Of a stretch of 64,000 nt of DNA, positions 1 through 14,559 are shown in pieces. Position 1 is the first letter of the stretch, and each line of letters begins with the position of its first letter. A program made the translations under genes and the position numbers. Below the pieces are notes generated by a model that was not told where the DNA came from, searched no databases, and was given only the letters and a program-made list of their open reading frames with translations. Origin of the DNA: Eledone cirrhosa (lineage: Eukaryota); assembly GCA_964016885.1 (NCBI GenBank), contig OZ024743.1, positions 109,306,001 through 109,370,000 on the forward strand, given 5' to 3'.

Positions 1-595
1 GATCCAGCTGAAATAAAATAATACACATATTTGTTATGAAGTTGTAGAATAAATTAGAAAATAAGCAAACGATAGGCCAGTTAAATGCACTAATATCGAA
101 AGTAGATGCGGGAAAATTCTCTTCACAGCAAGTTGCACGCTATCAATTGTGATTCCATAAATGAAGCCTGATCTACTTTATAACAATCAAACATGATAGC
201 TATAATTACTCGTTGAGCTCTATTCATTGACTCTGAGTGCTAGAAAGAGCAACTAAATCCCAATCATATTCCAATGTATTAAAAAATTGGAAAATTTTAG
301 ATACTGTTTTATGAACACTATGCATGTAAAACTGAGGTAAACGCTACGGCAAGATCGTCTTAGCATAGACATCTCTTGGAACGGAGCTGACTTGGACCTA
401 AATATGGCATAAAGCTAGTGGCATAAAGCAAGAAGTTACTACTAACTGTTTCGAACATGGGATAATATTTCTATAAAACAGTTTGATGTAATTACTCTTC
501 TAACTTCACAATTTCATGAAAAGCCATTTACATTATACGAAAATAAATGCGCATTGTCTACAAGAAAGAAAACACTTGTTTTTTTATCTTTATGT

Positions 596-682
596 GGTCA
601 ATAAATAAAGTACCAGTCACGAACTAGGGTTGATTCTATCGACTTTCCCCCTCTGCCAAAATGTCTCGCCTTGTGCCTATAC
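596..682 (+). mobile_element. 3' fragment of tRNA-derived SINE
   Basis: ggtcaataaataagtaccagt...gccttgtgccta matches the 3' half of the SINE copies at 16975 and 44030. Confidence 0.6.
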
Positions 683-1211
683 CTGAAACAATTATTAAAG
701 GTAATGGAAAAGGTTGCGAGGTGAAGCGTTGTTAGGTGAGACGGTCTTTTTCCAAGGAAAGCTCGATCCGTTTGAAGGCGAACTGGCGCTTGAGGTCGTC
801 CGAGTCGAATTGGATACTGGTACTCAGAGGGACGTCGTCCAATCAGCCAGAACTGACTCCAGTTCCCGGGCCACATCACATTGTGTCATCTTTCGGATGA
901 CCTCGTTATTGGGATAAACAAATTATATTTTATTATTCTGATTTGGATATATATGTCAGCAACACACATACACACTCGAATATAAAGATAGTGTACCATG
1001 ACGCATCTATGTAAAATTATGTGTATGGGTTTGTGGAATTAGCCTATCCTACGTTTATATCTACTGCACTATTGGACCAAGAAAATACGTGAAATAACGA
1101 ATGTTTTAATTATATGTTTGACATTTGGTATCGAACTTCAAAACTTTATTTGGTGTATAAATAGATAAGTAGATAAATGATCCATCGGGTAAAATTTTGA
1201 AATCTAATTTA

Positions 1212-1590
1212 GGTACAAGGCCAGCAAATTTGGGTGAGATCCTTTACGATTATACCGACACGAGTTAATTTCAGGTAATTGTTTTTACGAACTCAAAAGG
1301 GTGAAATGAAAATTTGACCCCGGCGAGATTTCAAGCCAGAAAATAAAAAGACGGACAAATAATTGTAATCATATGTTCGACGCACTAACCGCGCTTCCAA
1401 TCCATCGCCCTAATGATTGATAATTTTGCCACAGGGTTAGAAACTTTTTGTTTGAATTTGATTCTATAGGATTATTTTATCTCACTAGGGAGAAGTTAAG
1501 GCAAATTTAACCTCGGCAGGAAGTGAAGTCAACGTAAATTCCGGAACAAATACTGCTACGCATTTGTCCGATGCTCTCATCTATCGCTTT
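1212..1590 (-). mobile_element. Two decayed SINE copies in tandem
   Basis: acaaggccagcaaattt...aaatttgaccccggcgagatttcaa and ggcaaatttaacctcggcagg align to the reverse strand of the SINE family. Confidence 0.6.
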
Positions 1591-2157
1591 ATATCAAATA
1601 GAATGTTATAATGTTTTTAGAACAACTATCTCAGAAGAAATAATAATAATTTTCTTTTCCATTTCACTAATATATTGTACATCATATTTTCAAACCTAGG
1701 CTTTTAAGATTTGCATCTCTACAATAGAAACGTCAATTTCGTACAACTCAATCTAAACGTAATCTCATTCCAGGTCAAGCATAATAACATAAATCGACCT
1801 ATCACTTTAACAAAATTCAAGTACCACAAAAGAAACGTTAAAAAAAAAAGAATGTTAATATATGATAGAGTAAAATAGTTATATCGATCGAAATATGGTG
1901 AGAGTTTAAAATCTGTTACGTTAAGCAAATTTATTTGGTAGCGAATACGAAATATTGATTTTTATTCGTTTCATGGACTTAACATGTCTTAACCGAATTT
2001 TATCGTAGTTAACATCCGGCAAACAGGAATTCAATACAGAGTTATGCTTCTTGGATATGTGCACACTATAGCCCATTATAATGGAATCCGAAACATAGAT
2101 TGTACAGTGAAACGGCCCACGCAGTATCGACTCAAATTTGATGGCATGTGTGACTTC

Positions 2158-2159
<2 letters not shown>

Positions 2160-2234
<75 letters not shown>

Positions 2235-2235
2235 T

Positions 2236-2294
<59 letters not shown>

Positions 2295-2299
2295 AATAT

Positions 2300-2366
<67 letters not shown>
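2160..2366. repeat. Compound (TA)n/(GA)n microsatellite; representative of dozens of (TA)n, (CA)n and (GA)n tracts in the window
   Basis: Direct reading. Confidence 0.95.
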
Positions 2367-2373
<7 letters not shown>

Positions 2374-4118
2374 TGTGTGGGTGTGTGTGCACGTGCAAGG
2401 TTGTGTAATATGTACATATGAACATTGTTTGATTCTTTTTATACTGTTGATATCATTCGACATTTCCAGAGGACAATGTTTCAGATAGCTAATACATTCC
2501 CTTGTTGCTGAAAACCGTAGATTCCAAAACATTTGAGCGAATCTACAAGAAAAGTAGAAGTGAAATTGTCACATTGTTTTAACTAAACATTAAATCGACG
2601 AATTAAAGAGATGCGCAGCTTATTCCTACACGGACTTTCCTATTTTCTGCTAGGGTTCGTGGGCACCCTTAGACAAAACTCAATGTAACGTTTGAAGAAA
2701 CTTCATCTTTCCCGAAACGCCAATAAATTATATATAATGCATTTTGTACACTGTTTGAATCTAAGTGTCCAGTCTAGTACTGTGTTCGATTATACCTCTA
2801 TGTCTCTTTCTATAATTGTATCCTTCTCTGGAAAATAATCTGCTCTATTAAGTCATGGAAACGAGATGAGCTTCACCAGGTTTTGAAAAAATGCCTTCGA
2901 AACGCCGTATGTGAATAGGCCGCCTTTACCACTCCCTCGGGATTTACGTTTAAAGAAGAAGGAAAATAATTATATATATAACAAATTTTGAAAATTTGAT
3001 TGGTTTCATCCCGTGTTAGCGCAGGCCATGTCTAACTTAATAGCACCACCTGCTGAAGCCTTTCTGATTATGAGTTGACAGCCATGTCATATTTTAGACA
3101 TCGATGCCAACTCTGGTAAGGAGTTGTTGTTTTGATAGATATATCCAGTTGTATGGGTTTGTCCGGGATTTCTTGGAAGAATTTGTCTTGGAATCATTTA
3201 AACATTATAACAGTTATTTCCGCCTTAAGGAATTTCTGTATTGTATTAAAGAGAACAGGGTAAGTCGAGGGAAGTAATTGTGTCAATATGATTTCTATGA
3301 GTTGCGAGTTTGACTTGTGTAGTGGGCTGATAGTATGGGGACTAGATTTGGGTGAATTTTAAAATTGATGCTTACATTATTTGGGCAATATTGATGAAAT
3401 ATATTCCACATGTCACCTATGATGTAGTGCACACGATTGCGTTGGAGAAAATATACTATAAGCTGTTCTAGTCGACCCCAATAAACAAGGTCAGTCGTAC
3501 CATCTATTTGTTTTCTAATTGACCTCTGAGGTTCTTCAATGTTCATAATATTTTGTTTCATTGGAAGAAGGGCACCTAGAGATGTCTTTGCTTCAGTGAA
3601 AAATGCGCGGGATATTACAGCTTTTTTCGTCTGCGAACATTAATTAATTGATCCTTCAGAACAAAATTTCTGCATCTCAAATGCCAACTCTTCCCTAAAG
3701 GGAGACACTCAATGAATTCAGCTGAGTTTCAACCACCTTAATATTGATTTCTGCTAGAATGCGGTACATCTTCTCTAATGCTCAATTCCACAACTTAATA
3801 AGTATAAAAATCGTTATATTACATACCACCACATAATACCTACATCTGCTACATTGAGTACACGCAAACAGACAAACACATATATAGTTATTTAAATTTT
3901 TCAACTTGAGTTATTTCCCTTTCTTATACGATGTTAATAATATAAAAGTATTTTTTTCATGAAAAGCGTTTTAAACGCTATGTTTTGAACGCTATCTTCG
4001 ATCTTGCCCAAGTGCCTGCTGACAAGGTCACAAATTTGATCGCTTTTACAAACATAATTGAACCTTGCAAACCTAGGTAGCATTTTTTGTTCTGTGCATG
4101 AAGATAAGTATATAATTG

Positions 4119-4303
4119 TTTCTACTATTGGCACAAGGCCAGCAATTTTCCAGTACATTACCGGTACTTTATTTTATCGACCCCGTAAGGATGAAAGGCA
4201 AAGTTAACCTCGGCGGGATTTGAACTCAGAATGGCAAGGGCCGTAACTCTATGCGTCAAAGCATGGCGTCCGAACCTCTACCGATACTGCCAATCCACCG
4301 CCC
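4119..4303 (-). mobile_element. Full-length tRNA-derived SINE
   Basis: Reverse strand reads gggcggtggattggcagtatcggtagag (A box), gagttcaaatccc (B box), ctttgcctttcatccttacggggtcgataaaataaagtacc, ctggccttgtgcc. Confidence 0.9.
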
Positions 4304-4734
4304 ATTAAGATAAGTATATAATATAATATATCAACTCTCATATATGATTGAGCACTTTTCTCCTTTTTCCTTTTTCACGTACACCGATCTTATAATATAT
4401 ATATATATAGCTGCTTCTAGCAATCCCGTTGTCTTCTCCGTATCCTTATATTATAACGTGCTTTTACATTTCGTGTTGAATGTTTGGTGGTTCGTTGTTT
4501 ATAGTGTGTTTTATAAGACAAGTTTGTTTTATCTTAATGGTGCCGGTAATTTAATATTGGCACTATTTCTCTTACACTGCGAAACGGCTGTATAAAATTT
4601 AGGAATCGAACGTTTAGCAAATTTATGTAAGTTCATTCATTTAATTTCCGATTTTCTTATATCATTAAACTTATATATAGATATACGCATGGTATTTGGA
4701 TGCCTTTTATATAGGCAAATCCTACTGTTATATT

Positions 4735-4780
<46 letters not shown>

Positions 4781-5223
4781 AATGCACGTATGCATGTATG
4801 CAGAAGTGTGCATAATATGAGGGGAAAGTTCCCTGATAATTCTAATTTTTAAACTAAAAAATAACAAAGTTTCAGGTACCATATATATATATCAGTCCAA
4901 CTCAAAGGCGTTGCACCGCCTGCATAATCAACTAGGAATTCCTCTGCTTTATGGTCGTACCATTATTTGTAACATAAATTTGAATTTGATACATTAACTG
5001 TATTAGAATCCTCAAGGTACATATTAATGCCAGTGTAAATGGTAGAACTATTTACGCCCGAACGTGAAATAAGTTCATATATTCGATGATAATCGGCTCG
5101 CAGACTCCAGTCATGGAGGAGTTTAACAAAGATCTCCAATTTTTCTGTCGTCTTACTATATGCATGTTGACTTAAACACTTGCCATCTTTGATTATACTT
5201 CGACGGCCACTGAAACGCACGTG

Positions 5224-5278
<55 letters not shown>

Positions 5279-5446
5279 CACATATGTCTACTAAAATGAA
5301 GAAATGAAGACAGAGCGCAATGAAAATTCCTTAAGTAAGATTATGAGAATAAATATATATTCAATATGTTAGAGAATGAGAGAGTATATATGTATGTGGG
5401 CATGTGTATCTGTGTGTGTATGTGTATATGTGTGTGCATGTGATTC

Positions 5447-5502
<56 letters not shown>

Positions 5503-7207
5503 TGTGCGTACTTGTGTTGGTGTGTGTATTCAACTATGAACATTATTATTTGTGTTTTTAAGATACTCTTTTGTCGTTTGTTTTGATTTAATTAGATTTG
5601 AAATATTTTGTCTTGAGCTTCATTGTTCTCACTAAAATAAGTAATCATTTGTCACTTTCCAAGAGATGATAAATTTTATCACTTCACAATGAAGATAATC
5701 AATTCGTGGTCATCAAAAAGAAACTGAAAGAAAAGTAAATTAATCATTTCATTTACGACGACAGAGAAAACCCCATCACAATAAAGAATACGGTCAGCTG
5801 CCAGACGACTATATATGATATTGTAAGTAAGCAGACGTTTCGTCTTTAATTAAAATACTCACTTGAAGCGACGAAATGTTATGTTCCTAAAGTTCGCTTG
5901 ACTCCATTTATAGAAAATAACATTACTGACAGAAAGTATATATGCGACATTATCTATATATAATATTATCTTCTCGTATGAATCAACAATTTCCCGACCT
6001 CTCCCAGATAGCCATCATAGATATTTGTGGGCAACAAATGCAACATTCACTGAAGTTTTCATCCAGCACAGCGGATTTGGACTTATTGTATGTTAATACT
6101 TGCCTATTCTGTTATGAAATTACGACTGTACGATATTTCTAGAAATAAATTATACTAAAGTATATTCTATTTCAATATTAGCCTATCCATCATAGACTAA
6201 CATTATAGAGATATACACAAAACAACAATACATCTACTAAGCTAGAAAGAACATACTTCCACCGTGATTGACGTAGACATTAAGTTCCCCATCTTGGGAG
6301 CTTCTGTAATACACCTACATTCACATTTTGCAGCAGATAGTACAAACGAATCTAAATTTCAGAAATGTTAAAAGGTCGAAATATATATTAAGAAAGAAAA
6401 TAAAATTAATGTCAACTACTGAAAATTCCTTTTCAGTGCCTGCTGAAAACAATAACAACGATAAAACATAATTATATAAGACGATCTGATTTGTAAAATT
6501 AGTGCATTTCATTAGGAAATCTCATATGAATAAATAAATAAAACACAAAAACAAAAATGTATACACAACTTAAGTACAAATAAATGCTTTGCTTTCTATA
6601 TCACAGACCACGTTTCGGAGAGAACTAGTAATGTTCAGTATTATTTGTTTGATGGGGTCATACATATATGAACGCATTACAAATTAACGACTATAAAATT
6701 TTGTTTTTGTATAAATGATACTAAACATTATTCGTATGAGATTGAAAAGATCAGAAAGCTTAATTACAGGAACCCAATCACGTATAGACTGCCTGCCGAC
6801 TAAAGAAGTACTACATACGGAATTAGGGTGAAAGTTCTTCTCAAATAAAATATATATTTATCTGCTGTTTTATATCTGCTCAAACATTTCAGTTGCTGCA
6901 GAAGTAATTTGCAGACGTCTTAGCACGAACAGAACTAAGTCTGATGAAATCAAGAAAAGAAAGATATCATACCTTGATTTGATGTCGTTCAGAATAAATC
7001 GAGAAATTACAGATTACTTAGTAAGATAATTTTGTTTCCACACACAGGCACCGGCACACACAGACAAACACACATAGAAACACAGACACACACAGACGCA
7101 CGCCGACGCACACATAGACACACACATACACACACAAACACACACAGTCACACACACACAGACACACACACACGCACGCAGACACAAACGCACATTCTTT
7201 TGATACA

Positions 7208-7251
<44 letters not shown>

Positions 7252-7679
7252 TGTGTATTTGTGCGCGTGTGCATGTATGTGTGTATGCGTATATAAATAA
7301 ATATACACAAATGCATATATTTATATATGTGTATGTGTATGTATATATGTAATTATATATCTGTGTGATGAGGTATTATATGTATGAATGCATGTGTGAA
7401 ATAAGTAATACACGAGAAAGCTTATAATATATTCCAGGAAATAAAATGTAAATGCCGGGATATCCCTGCACTCTTTACGATATAGATTTTGTTTAACAAA
7501 AACGTATTTTCAATTTTGAAAATCCACAAATGTGGATGTGGATGATCAAACCATCACTATTGTTACTCTTGATATAACATCAAATAGGTCAGAAAATAAT
7601 GCAGACAGTTAAACACAGATTTTGAAACAACACTTCTCGCTGTAACATAATCTGCATTGATACAAATAAAAGCGATTAG

Positions 7680-8460
7680 AATCTACACATTTTTGCCAAC
7701 GACATTCAATTTTATTTTTTTCGATAGCATATAATTAAAAATTTCTGCTGGAAATTAATTCTTCGAATGTATTATTGCCTCAATTTGGTTGCTATAGACT
7801 TTCGTTGAAGGCTTTTGTTAAATTATTTATAAACGTGGTAGATGTTTTGTGAAAGAACATGTGAGTGACTTGGATGAAGCAGAATTTCGTAGCCTAGTTT
7901 TTGAAGCATTTCTTTGCAAAAGGGTTGGTCCTTTTTATATTGGCCATTACTAGACATGTTTGCTGCATTTATATATGCATTTTACTGATTTCGTGCCAAT
8001 GTGCCTTTGCTATGATGGTTCCTCCAGTAATAATAAAAGCTGTAGTGGATTAATCTCTCAGTGGTCAACCAGACTGTTACCATAACCTTATTTTGGGCAT
8101 CTTCAGATTTGAGAATAGGTGAAGAGCTTCAGCTCTGTCAACTCAGTATAATAAATATCACTGGTTGTCCTGTAGGATCTACATTTCAAAAATGTGTTGT
8201 TTTTTTTGTTATGCAGAAAAGTGAAAAACAGGTTTTTCTTGATTTTGTGCATTTGGTATATTTTAAAGCTTATTTGGTTTTACTGTTCCGTTCATTTAGC
8301 TTTACTGCAAGCAATTGACAATTTGTGTGACGATTTGTTTCCAGCGCAGCCTTCAATTCACCGTAGTGAAAGACTGAAAGACGTCCATGACCTTTCTAAA
8401 CTGCAAGAGTGAATGCACTACGATGGAGTTTCTAGCTCTTTGTCCTGAGCTGCGACCTCT
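7680..8460 (-). mobile_element. Decayed mariner (Tc1/mariner) transposase pseudogene
   Basis: Reverse-strand fragments KVMVTVWLTTERLIHYSF and QKLGYEILLHPSHSHVLSQNIYHVYK resemble the mariner motifs KVMxTVWW...IHY and LPHPPYSPDLxPxDYH; many stops and frameshifts; boundaries approximate. Confidence 0.75.
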
Positions 8461-9149
8461 AAAGAATTACTGCACCCGATCGAAATATAAGATCCTTTTC
8501 ATTCACATTATATTGTATCGATGACTTATTCAGGTGACCTGTCAGTCGCATCTCATACATTTAATTGTATAGCTGCTCAGATAGTGCTAATCATGATTTA
8601 AAAATGTATAAAAACCTTTTACTATAAATTTCACGGTATTAGATCTGGCTCAATCTCCTCTGTGTATATATCTTGCTGAGGTGAACTTATCCATGCAGTG
8701 ACGAATAAGAAAGCTCCTGCTCAGCAGTGTGTATCTTTCTTTCTCTACCTCTCTTTATGATGTGCTTTCAATCTCATGCCTATTTTAACCGTCAAAAATC
8801 GAGTTTGTATAAATATATAGGTGTGTATTTCATCAATTTCATACTGCTCGAAATACGCAATCTCTCTTGAGGGTTGCTGCTACGATACCAACATGTCTGT
8901 AGGACCCTTCCTGATCTTCATGAAGATGCTGATGAATTGATACACAGACCCTTCTCGTATTTTCTTGTGGAATCAAAACGATGAGGATTTCCTAAATAAG
9001 CTGAAACACTGATCTGGTATCTAATCGTGTCATCCAGGATGTGGAAATAAACACGGGATAAATGTATCACACTTAAGTATTAACACACAATGCAAGTTTC
9101 GTTTTCTAGGCTGCACGTAAATATATATATAGTTATATAGTATTAATAA

Positions 9150-9185
9150 ATGTGGAGACTAAAGGCCGAAGAGGGTCCAATAAGC

Positions 9186-9238
<53 letters not shown>

Positions 9239-9800
9239 ATATAAGATCAAAAGATGGTTAAAAGAGTTCCAAGTATTTTATTATATGCATTTCAAAAACA
9301 AATATCATCATGGGATGATATCTGGGTTTTCATCAGATAAAATAGGGATACATGATATGAAGCTTAAAAAACACTTGTGAATAGTGAAGTTTAAAATCAA
9401 CATATCTGATATTTGCATTGCTTTATTGTGCTACAATAAAACACAACTCCTACATATATATATATATATATATAAATATATACAATATATAGAGATAAAT
9501 ATAAAAAATCCGTAGAGAAGGTATTTATTATAAGAACAGGTTAAAGTTTAAGCAAAGAATCGCTGCTTTTACCCTTAACGGGATCTGATATTGAAAAAAT
9601 CAATCTGTGGATGCGAAGTAAACATTTCAAGAAACATTACAACCGAAGGGAAACAGGAAGACGATACTTTGGTTTGTGAAGACGTCCGCGTGCGATGAAT
9701 GCAAACATGCGAGGATAATTGTGTCATCATGTGGAATGAGAAGAACAATGTCTTGCAAAGACAAAAACACACCTATGCTATGAAAGAAAACAATGGACTA
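9150..9800 (-). mobile_element. Solo, diverged pLTR related to the Naiad-type PLE at 49-52.7 kb, interrupted at a (TA)n tract by an unrelated HHR-bearing fragment (about 9240-9450)
   Basis: 9152-9185 and 9500-9780 align with 48951-49400 and 52340-52680 (agcaaagaatcgctg.ttt.acccttaacgggatct; acaggaagacgatactttggtt). Confidence 0.75.
9274..9344 (-). ncRNA. Type I hammerhead ribozyme candidate with long stem II
   Basis: tattttat-CTGATGA-aaac...(inner atatcat/atgatat hairpin)...gttttt-GAAA-tgcata-TA-ataaaata; 8-bp stem I. Confidence 0.6.
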
Positions 9801-9887
9801 TTATCCAATTTAGAATAAATGAATGATTTCCAGCTCCAGAGTTTGAGAATAATGTAAATATAATTCTTAAACGAAAATGACCGATGT

Positions 9888-10050
9888 TATAGTATCGGTA
9901 GAGGGTCAGACACCATGCTTTCCAGCATAGTTACGATCTGAGTTCAAATCCCGCAGAAGTTGACTTTGCCTTTCATCCTTACGGGGTCGATAAAATAAAG
10001 TACCAGTAATGCACTGGGTGATGGCTGGCCTTTTGCCTAAAGTAGAAACA
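9888..10050 (+). mobile_element. SINE copy (5'-truncated)
   Basis: agtatcggtagagggtc...gagttcaaatcccgc...gcctaaagtagaaaca. Confidence 0.9.
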
Positions 10051-11500
10051 TTTATTAATAATAGTAAAGGGAACTAATGATAAGAACATTAAATTATTGT
10101 TATAAGATTTATATATTTCGTTATTTCCGAAATGGGATTAAGCTGTCTAGGTTTTAAAGATGAGTATTCTAGCTATTCGATTAACGGAACAGTCTGCTCC
10201 CGGAAACATTGTTTAAGTGGTTGATAACAGGACAAACATGTGTACACTTAACGTAATTCTTACTGATATTTCATGTATACGGGGGGACATATATTGCGTC
10301 TTTGAAATACAAAGAGATATCGGTGAGATTGATATCAGAGAAAGAAGAAATAAAGCAAAGTAATCTAGCCAATATTCTATTTCCTCTGCCAATTCGTCAC
10401 CTTTATCAAAAGTTACATAAACATATATAAACGTGAGTAATATGTATGCGAAGACAATGACCTCTACTTGGAATTGCTGTTATTCGTTTGTGTTGAAGTA
10501 CGATGTATTTATACCCAAGATAATCCATACATATATGACGAGTGAGAGTATTTGCGTCTCCTCGTAATTTAGCGGTTTACGATTATTATTCTCGAACGAA
10601 ACGTCTGGAAAACATGAAATTTAGACTACATGTATCAATAGAGTAAATAGTAAATCACTCACAAATAATTAGTGTCATTTTGTAATTAATTTGTCAATTA
10701 GTATGCAAAACATCATATGTCTGTAACATTCACAACTTTCAATAATTTCCCATATATTTTCATTACAACTGTCAAACTTAATTATTAAAATAATATAATT
10801 ATATATAATTAGTGTAATCTACAGGAGTCCTTTAGATCGAATATCGTGTTGAAATATTTAAACAGACATGTATAATAATTAACACTAATTATTTCACCTG
10901 AGGTAGTTTGGTCAAAACATTTAAGGACCGTAGTATTGAGTTCAATCCCTCAACAAGGTGTCATTTAAATTGTTGCTTTCATTATACAAATAAATATTAT
11001 GCGTTACTTAAGAGAAATATGTCGACCATTCCTGATCTTCTAAATAATTAATGATGAACTGAGCAAATCATGATATTTCAAATATACATTAAAAGAGTTA
11101 AAAGTGAACAATACAAAAATGTGTACGATATCTTCTCATTATAAAATAGTGGAAATATTTCATTTCCAAATGCTTCAAAATCTCTTCGGCATTTACAGAA
11201 ATACTATTTTCGTATTTAATCTCATGCTGCAATTTTATCTAAATAATACATTTAGTGACATGTTTGCAACGGATCATGTTGGGGACCAACATGTTTATTT
11301 TAAGGCAAGGATGATAAGCTGATGTGTGTGTAATAATAATAGAATAAATGCTGTGAACTAAATTCGTGGTCAAGCCCGATCATCGCATTTTGTATTTCGG
11401 TGATATACTTCGCCAACTGATACACATACAAGTCTACATCCACACACACACACATATATATATGCGTGTCTGCGTATTTTAATTTCTGTTATTGTGTTCG

Positions 11501-11591
<91 letters not shown>

Positions 11592-12039
11592 GTATATATA
11601 TATATAATAGATAGATAGATATAGAGATATGTAGAGAGAATTAATTGGTAACTTTAAAAATGTAAGCATAAATTATCAACTTAAACCACAAGATTAATCC
11701 CAAACCCTAATATCTCCATTCAAATGGGGTGATATGGAACTGGTTTCACTGCATTCACAGTAGAACAGTAGAACGGATGTCATTACCGGTCACACCATAT
11801 TTTATTAAACGTTCAGGCGTTACCATTCAGCAGAACAACCTGTAGAACATTTCACATTACAAATCCATTGAGAGAAATTCGAAGGAATATGGCTTTTTTT
11901 TCAAGTATCTGAAGTTTTATTACTCGTAATTGTCAAACAATTATAGTTTCTTGGCCTAACGTGAACACAAAATGACAGTCAATACATAACATAATATTAA
12001 CATCATGAATTCTATTGAAATACTCACTCATTATTATCC

Positions 12040-12352
12040 AAACATCTGCCTTTGAGAGAGATATATGCCGGCTTCCTACGCATATCTGACTTTGTACGTA
12101 AGAGGAGAGTAAGATTTGCTGGCTATGCCATCGTGGCCCCTACGAGGCTGTGTCCCCATTAGTACTATGGAAACCACAAGCAGTCACTACTAATAGGAGG
12201 CGCAAGCTCTCAAACCCCGACGTCATCTCCAGAGATTCTGGTGTTGAAATCCAAATCTTGGCAACATCAATGAAAGACAGACCCACGGGGAGATCAATTG
12301 TTGAGTCCATTTCGACAGAGGCCGCCGGATGATGATGATGATGATGATGATT
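12040..12352 (+). mobile_element. 3' end of RTE-like LINE with (GAT)n tail
   Basis: VRKRRVRFAGY-like C-terminal motif followed by a gatgatgat tail. Confidence 0.55.
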
Positions 12353-12999
12353 ATCGAAATATGTTTATGTAGAATAAATATGAAATATAAATATTGAAAT
12401 GTTAACAAACATTAGATCATCAAACATAATTTCTGTTGTCAGCCTCAGAAAAAAAAAGAGAATTTTGATATTCGTCTGTCTCTAGAAAATAATTACATGT
12501 CAATTACAAAAAAATGACATTGTGTTGAAGTGTATAAACACATGCAACAATCAAAAAAGTAAAAGCATATTAATTATTATAATAATTATTATTACTGTTT
12601 GTCTTTGAATGATATGCGTCGGCTGTTTGCGCTCCGTAAGTTTTGTTTGTGTTAATCCATTTATATTGTTTTTTGTTCAAGAATTGTGTTATTAAGGGAG
12701 CATAAGCCTTTGCTCTGAAGAAGAGTCTCCCTGGAATACATGGGCCTTAGGACCAAATATATGAACTTAACACAACAGTGTCACCATCACCTCCACCACA
12801 GCCACCACTACTACAGATAACACTAACAACGCCACATTCACCAGAAAAAGCAGCAGCAGCAGTAGCAACGAAAACAGGAACGGCGGAATCAACAGCAGCA
12901 GCAACGACAGAAACAATAGTAACAACAATGACAACGCCAACAACAACAACTACAACGACAATGACACTACCAACAGCAAAATATCAAACCTATTTATAA

Positions 13000-14510
13000 T
13001 TTTGATTTAACTGAGGGGAACGAACTTTTGGTCCAGGCGGAAAAGATTATAACCAGAAAAAAGATCGGAGCCAAATTAAACGTGTAGAGGTGATGGCAGC
13101 AAAGGACAGAAGAACACTGAAATATAGATGCATTTCTTTGAAATCTGGCAAAGCCTGATGGAGCCTCTGAAGGAGGGGTAGAGGTTGCACTGAAGTACAT
13201 CAATAATGACATCGAGCATATAGCAAGGGGCAAATAATTTTAGTGCTCTTCAAAACTGAGGCTCTTGCCATCAAGCATTATGTGGCTGCATGCAAAACGT
13301 ACCAAATATATCATGTGCCCGTCCTACTTGGTGAGGAGGAGAGTAAGGGTTATTGCTCCCAGGATTACCCCGAGACTACATCAATAGGGATGTGTGGCGA
13401 CACAGGGTCCTAGCCCCTATCTAGACGTCAAAGTGGTAATTGTGATCCTGGACTGGTTGAGAGATTCTTCTCCAAATCTTAACTGAAGGCATGAAACTCC
13501 CGGACGAGTACTACATTCAGTTAGTTACGGAGGTTAAACGGCTGCACTGTTTCATTTGTGGTGAACCCACATGCATGTGATACTTTTTCTCCAGCTGAAT
13601 TCTACAGGTAGACAAATGGCTCAGTTGCAGACAAAAAGGGTGTCGGAACAAGAAACAACATAACCAACAGCAGTAACTGTAAAAGAGAGAGCACCACCAG
13701 CAACAACACCAACGGACGATTTTCCGGGATCCGGACGGTACGTTTGTGGTCCCAGATGTGAGCAATAGCGGATGTGGGACCCTCAGACTGGTGGCCGTCG
13801 ATGCTTCGACCGGGGCCGGACAGTCAGATTTCTTTAAACTCATGGAAAACTTTCTGGGAACAGAATAGCGGGGCACTGGAATAGCATCTTAGCCGCACGC
13901 TGAGATTGCGTGGGAGTTGCTGATAGGAGCGCTTGGTGCAAAAGCCTAAAGTACCGGATCGGTAAGTTTCAACTCTTTAACAGGTACCTACTAGATTTCC
14001 CCAATATGCCAGTGTAGACGTGGACCAACCGCAGAGTGTCATATAGACTGTATATAGATATGTTCCTTATTAGATCAATAGATAAGAATAATATAGTTTG
14101 TCCACATGTTCATACGGTCACCTATTAAGATCACAAATTTGTGATCTGTATGTTCGACCTAGATAACACACAGAGGAGAGGACCTGGTTACTGGATGTGG
14201 AACATCTCGTTCCCGGCACGTGAAGCCAAAAGAGACTGGGTCAACAATTTAGTTAAGCAAAGTTTGACGTGGGAGCTCGTCAACAACAGGTGGTGAGGGC
14301 TCTCAAAATTTAGATTAATGTGATTTCGATAGGCTTTAGTAAAGAAGTAGCGTGAGAGAGAAATGGAAAGTAGGTGGAGCTGGTTGATAAATTAGACGAT
14401 GGTGTTTTTTTTGTGGCGTTGAAACTGACATGGGAGCAGCGAGAATTGTATTAGACCATTTCCTCAATGGGAAATACGAAGGTTGCATTGTCAGAGCTGA
14501 GGCGCGTACT
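13000..14510 (+). mobile_element. Decayed Tx1/L1-clade LINE (ORF1 zinc-knuckle remnant and APE endonuclease)
   Basis: LHCFICGEPT (about 13542), DPDGTFVV...TLRLVAVDASTGAGQSDFF (about 13728-13840), DHKFV, GPGYWMWNIS, KYEGCIVRA; boundaries approximate. Confidence 0.7.
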
Positions 14511-14559
14511 CTTTATCCAGTTTTTAAAGGGGAGGGTTTTTCTCCTGTGATTCTTCATC

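Noticed and set aside
714-917. GC-richer 200-bp island with short ORFs on both strands
   Set aside because: No recognisable domain or convincing splice sites; cannot be called an exon
1921-2532. YIYI / CVCV / HTHT ORFs here and throughout the window
   Set aside because: Translations of dinucleotide microsatellites
2872-2916. TTGAAAA...GAAACGCCGTA hammerhead-like string
   Set aside because: Stem I is not adjacent to the core and stem II has only 2 bp
2980-3560. Possible very old PLE remnant on the minus strand
   Set aside because: No unambiguous motif
6940-6990. CTGATGA followed by a hairpin
   Set aside because: No GAAA or stem I; no partner C/D box arrangement either
12767-12999. Pro/Thr/Ala-rich ORFs (similar ones at 44551-45202)
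   Set aside because: Degenerate CAA/CAG/CAC trinucleotide repeats with no exon evidence
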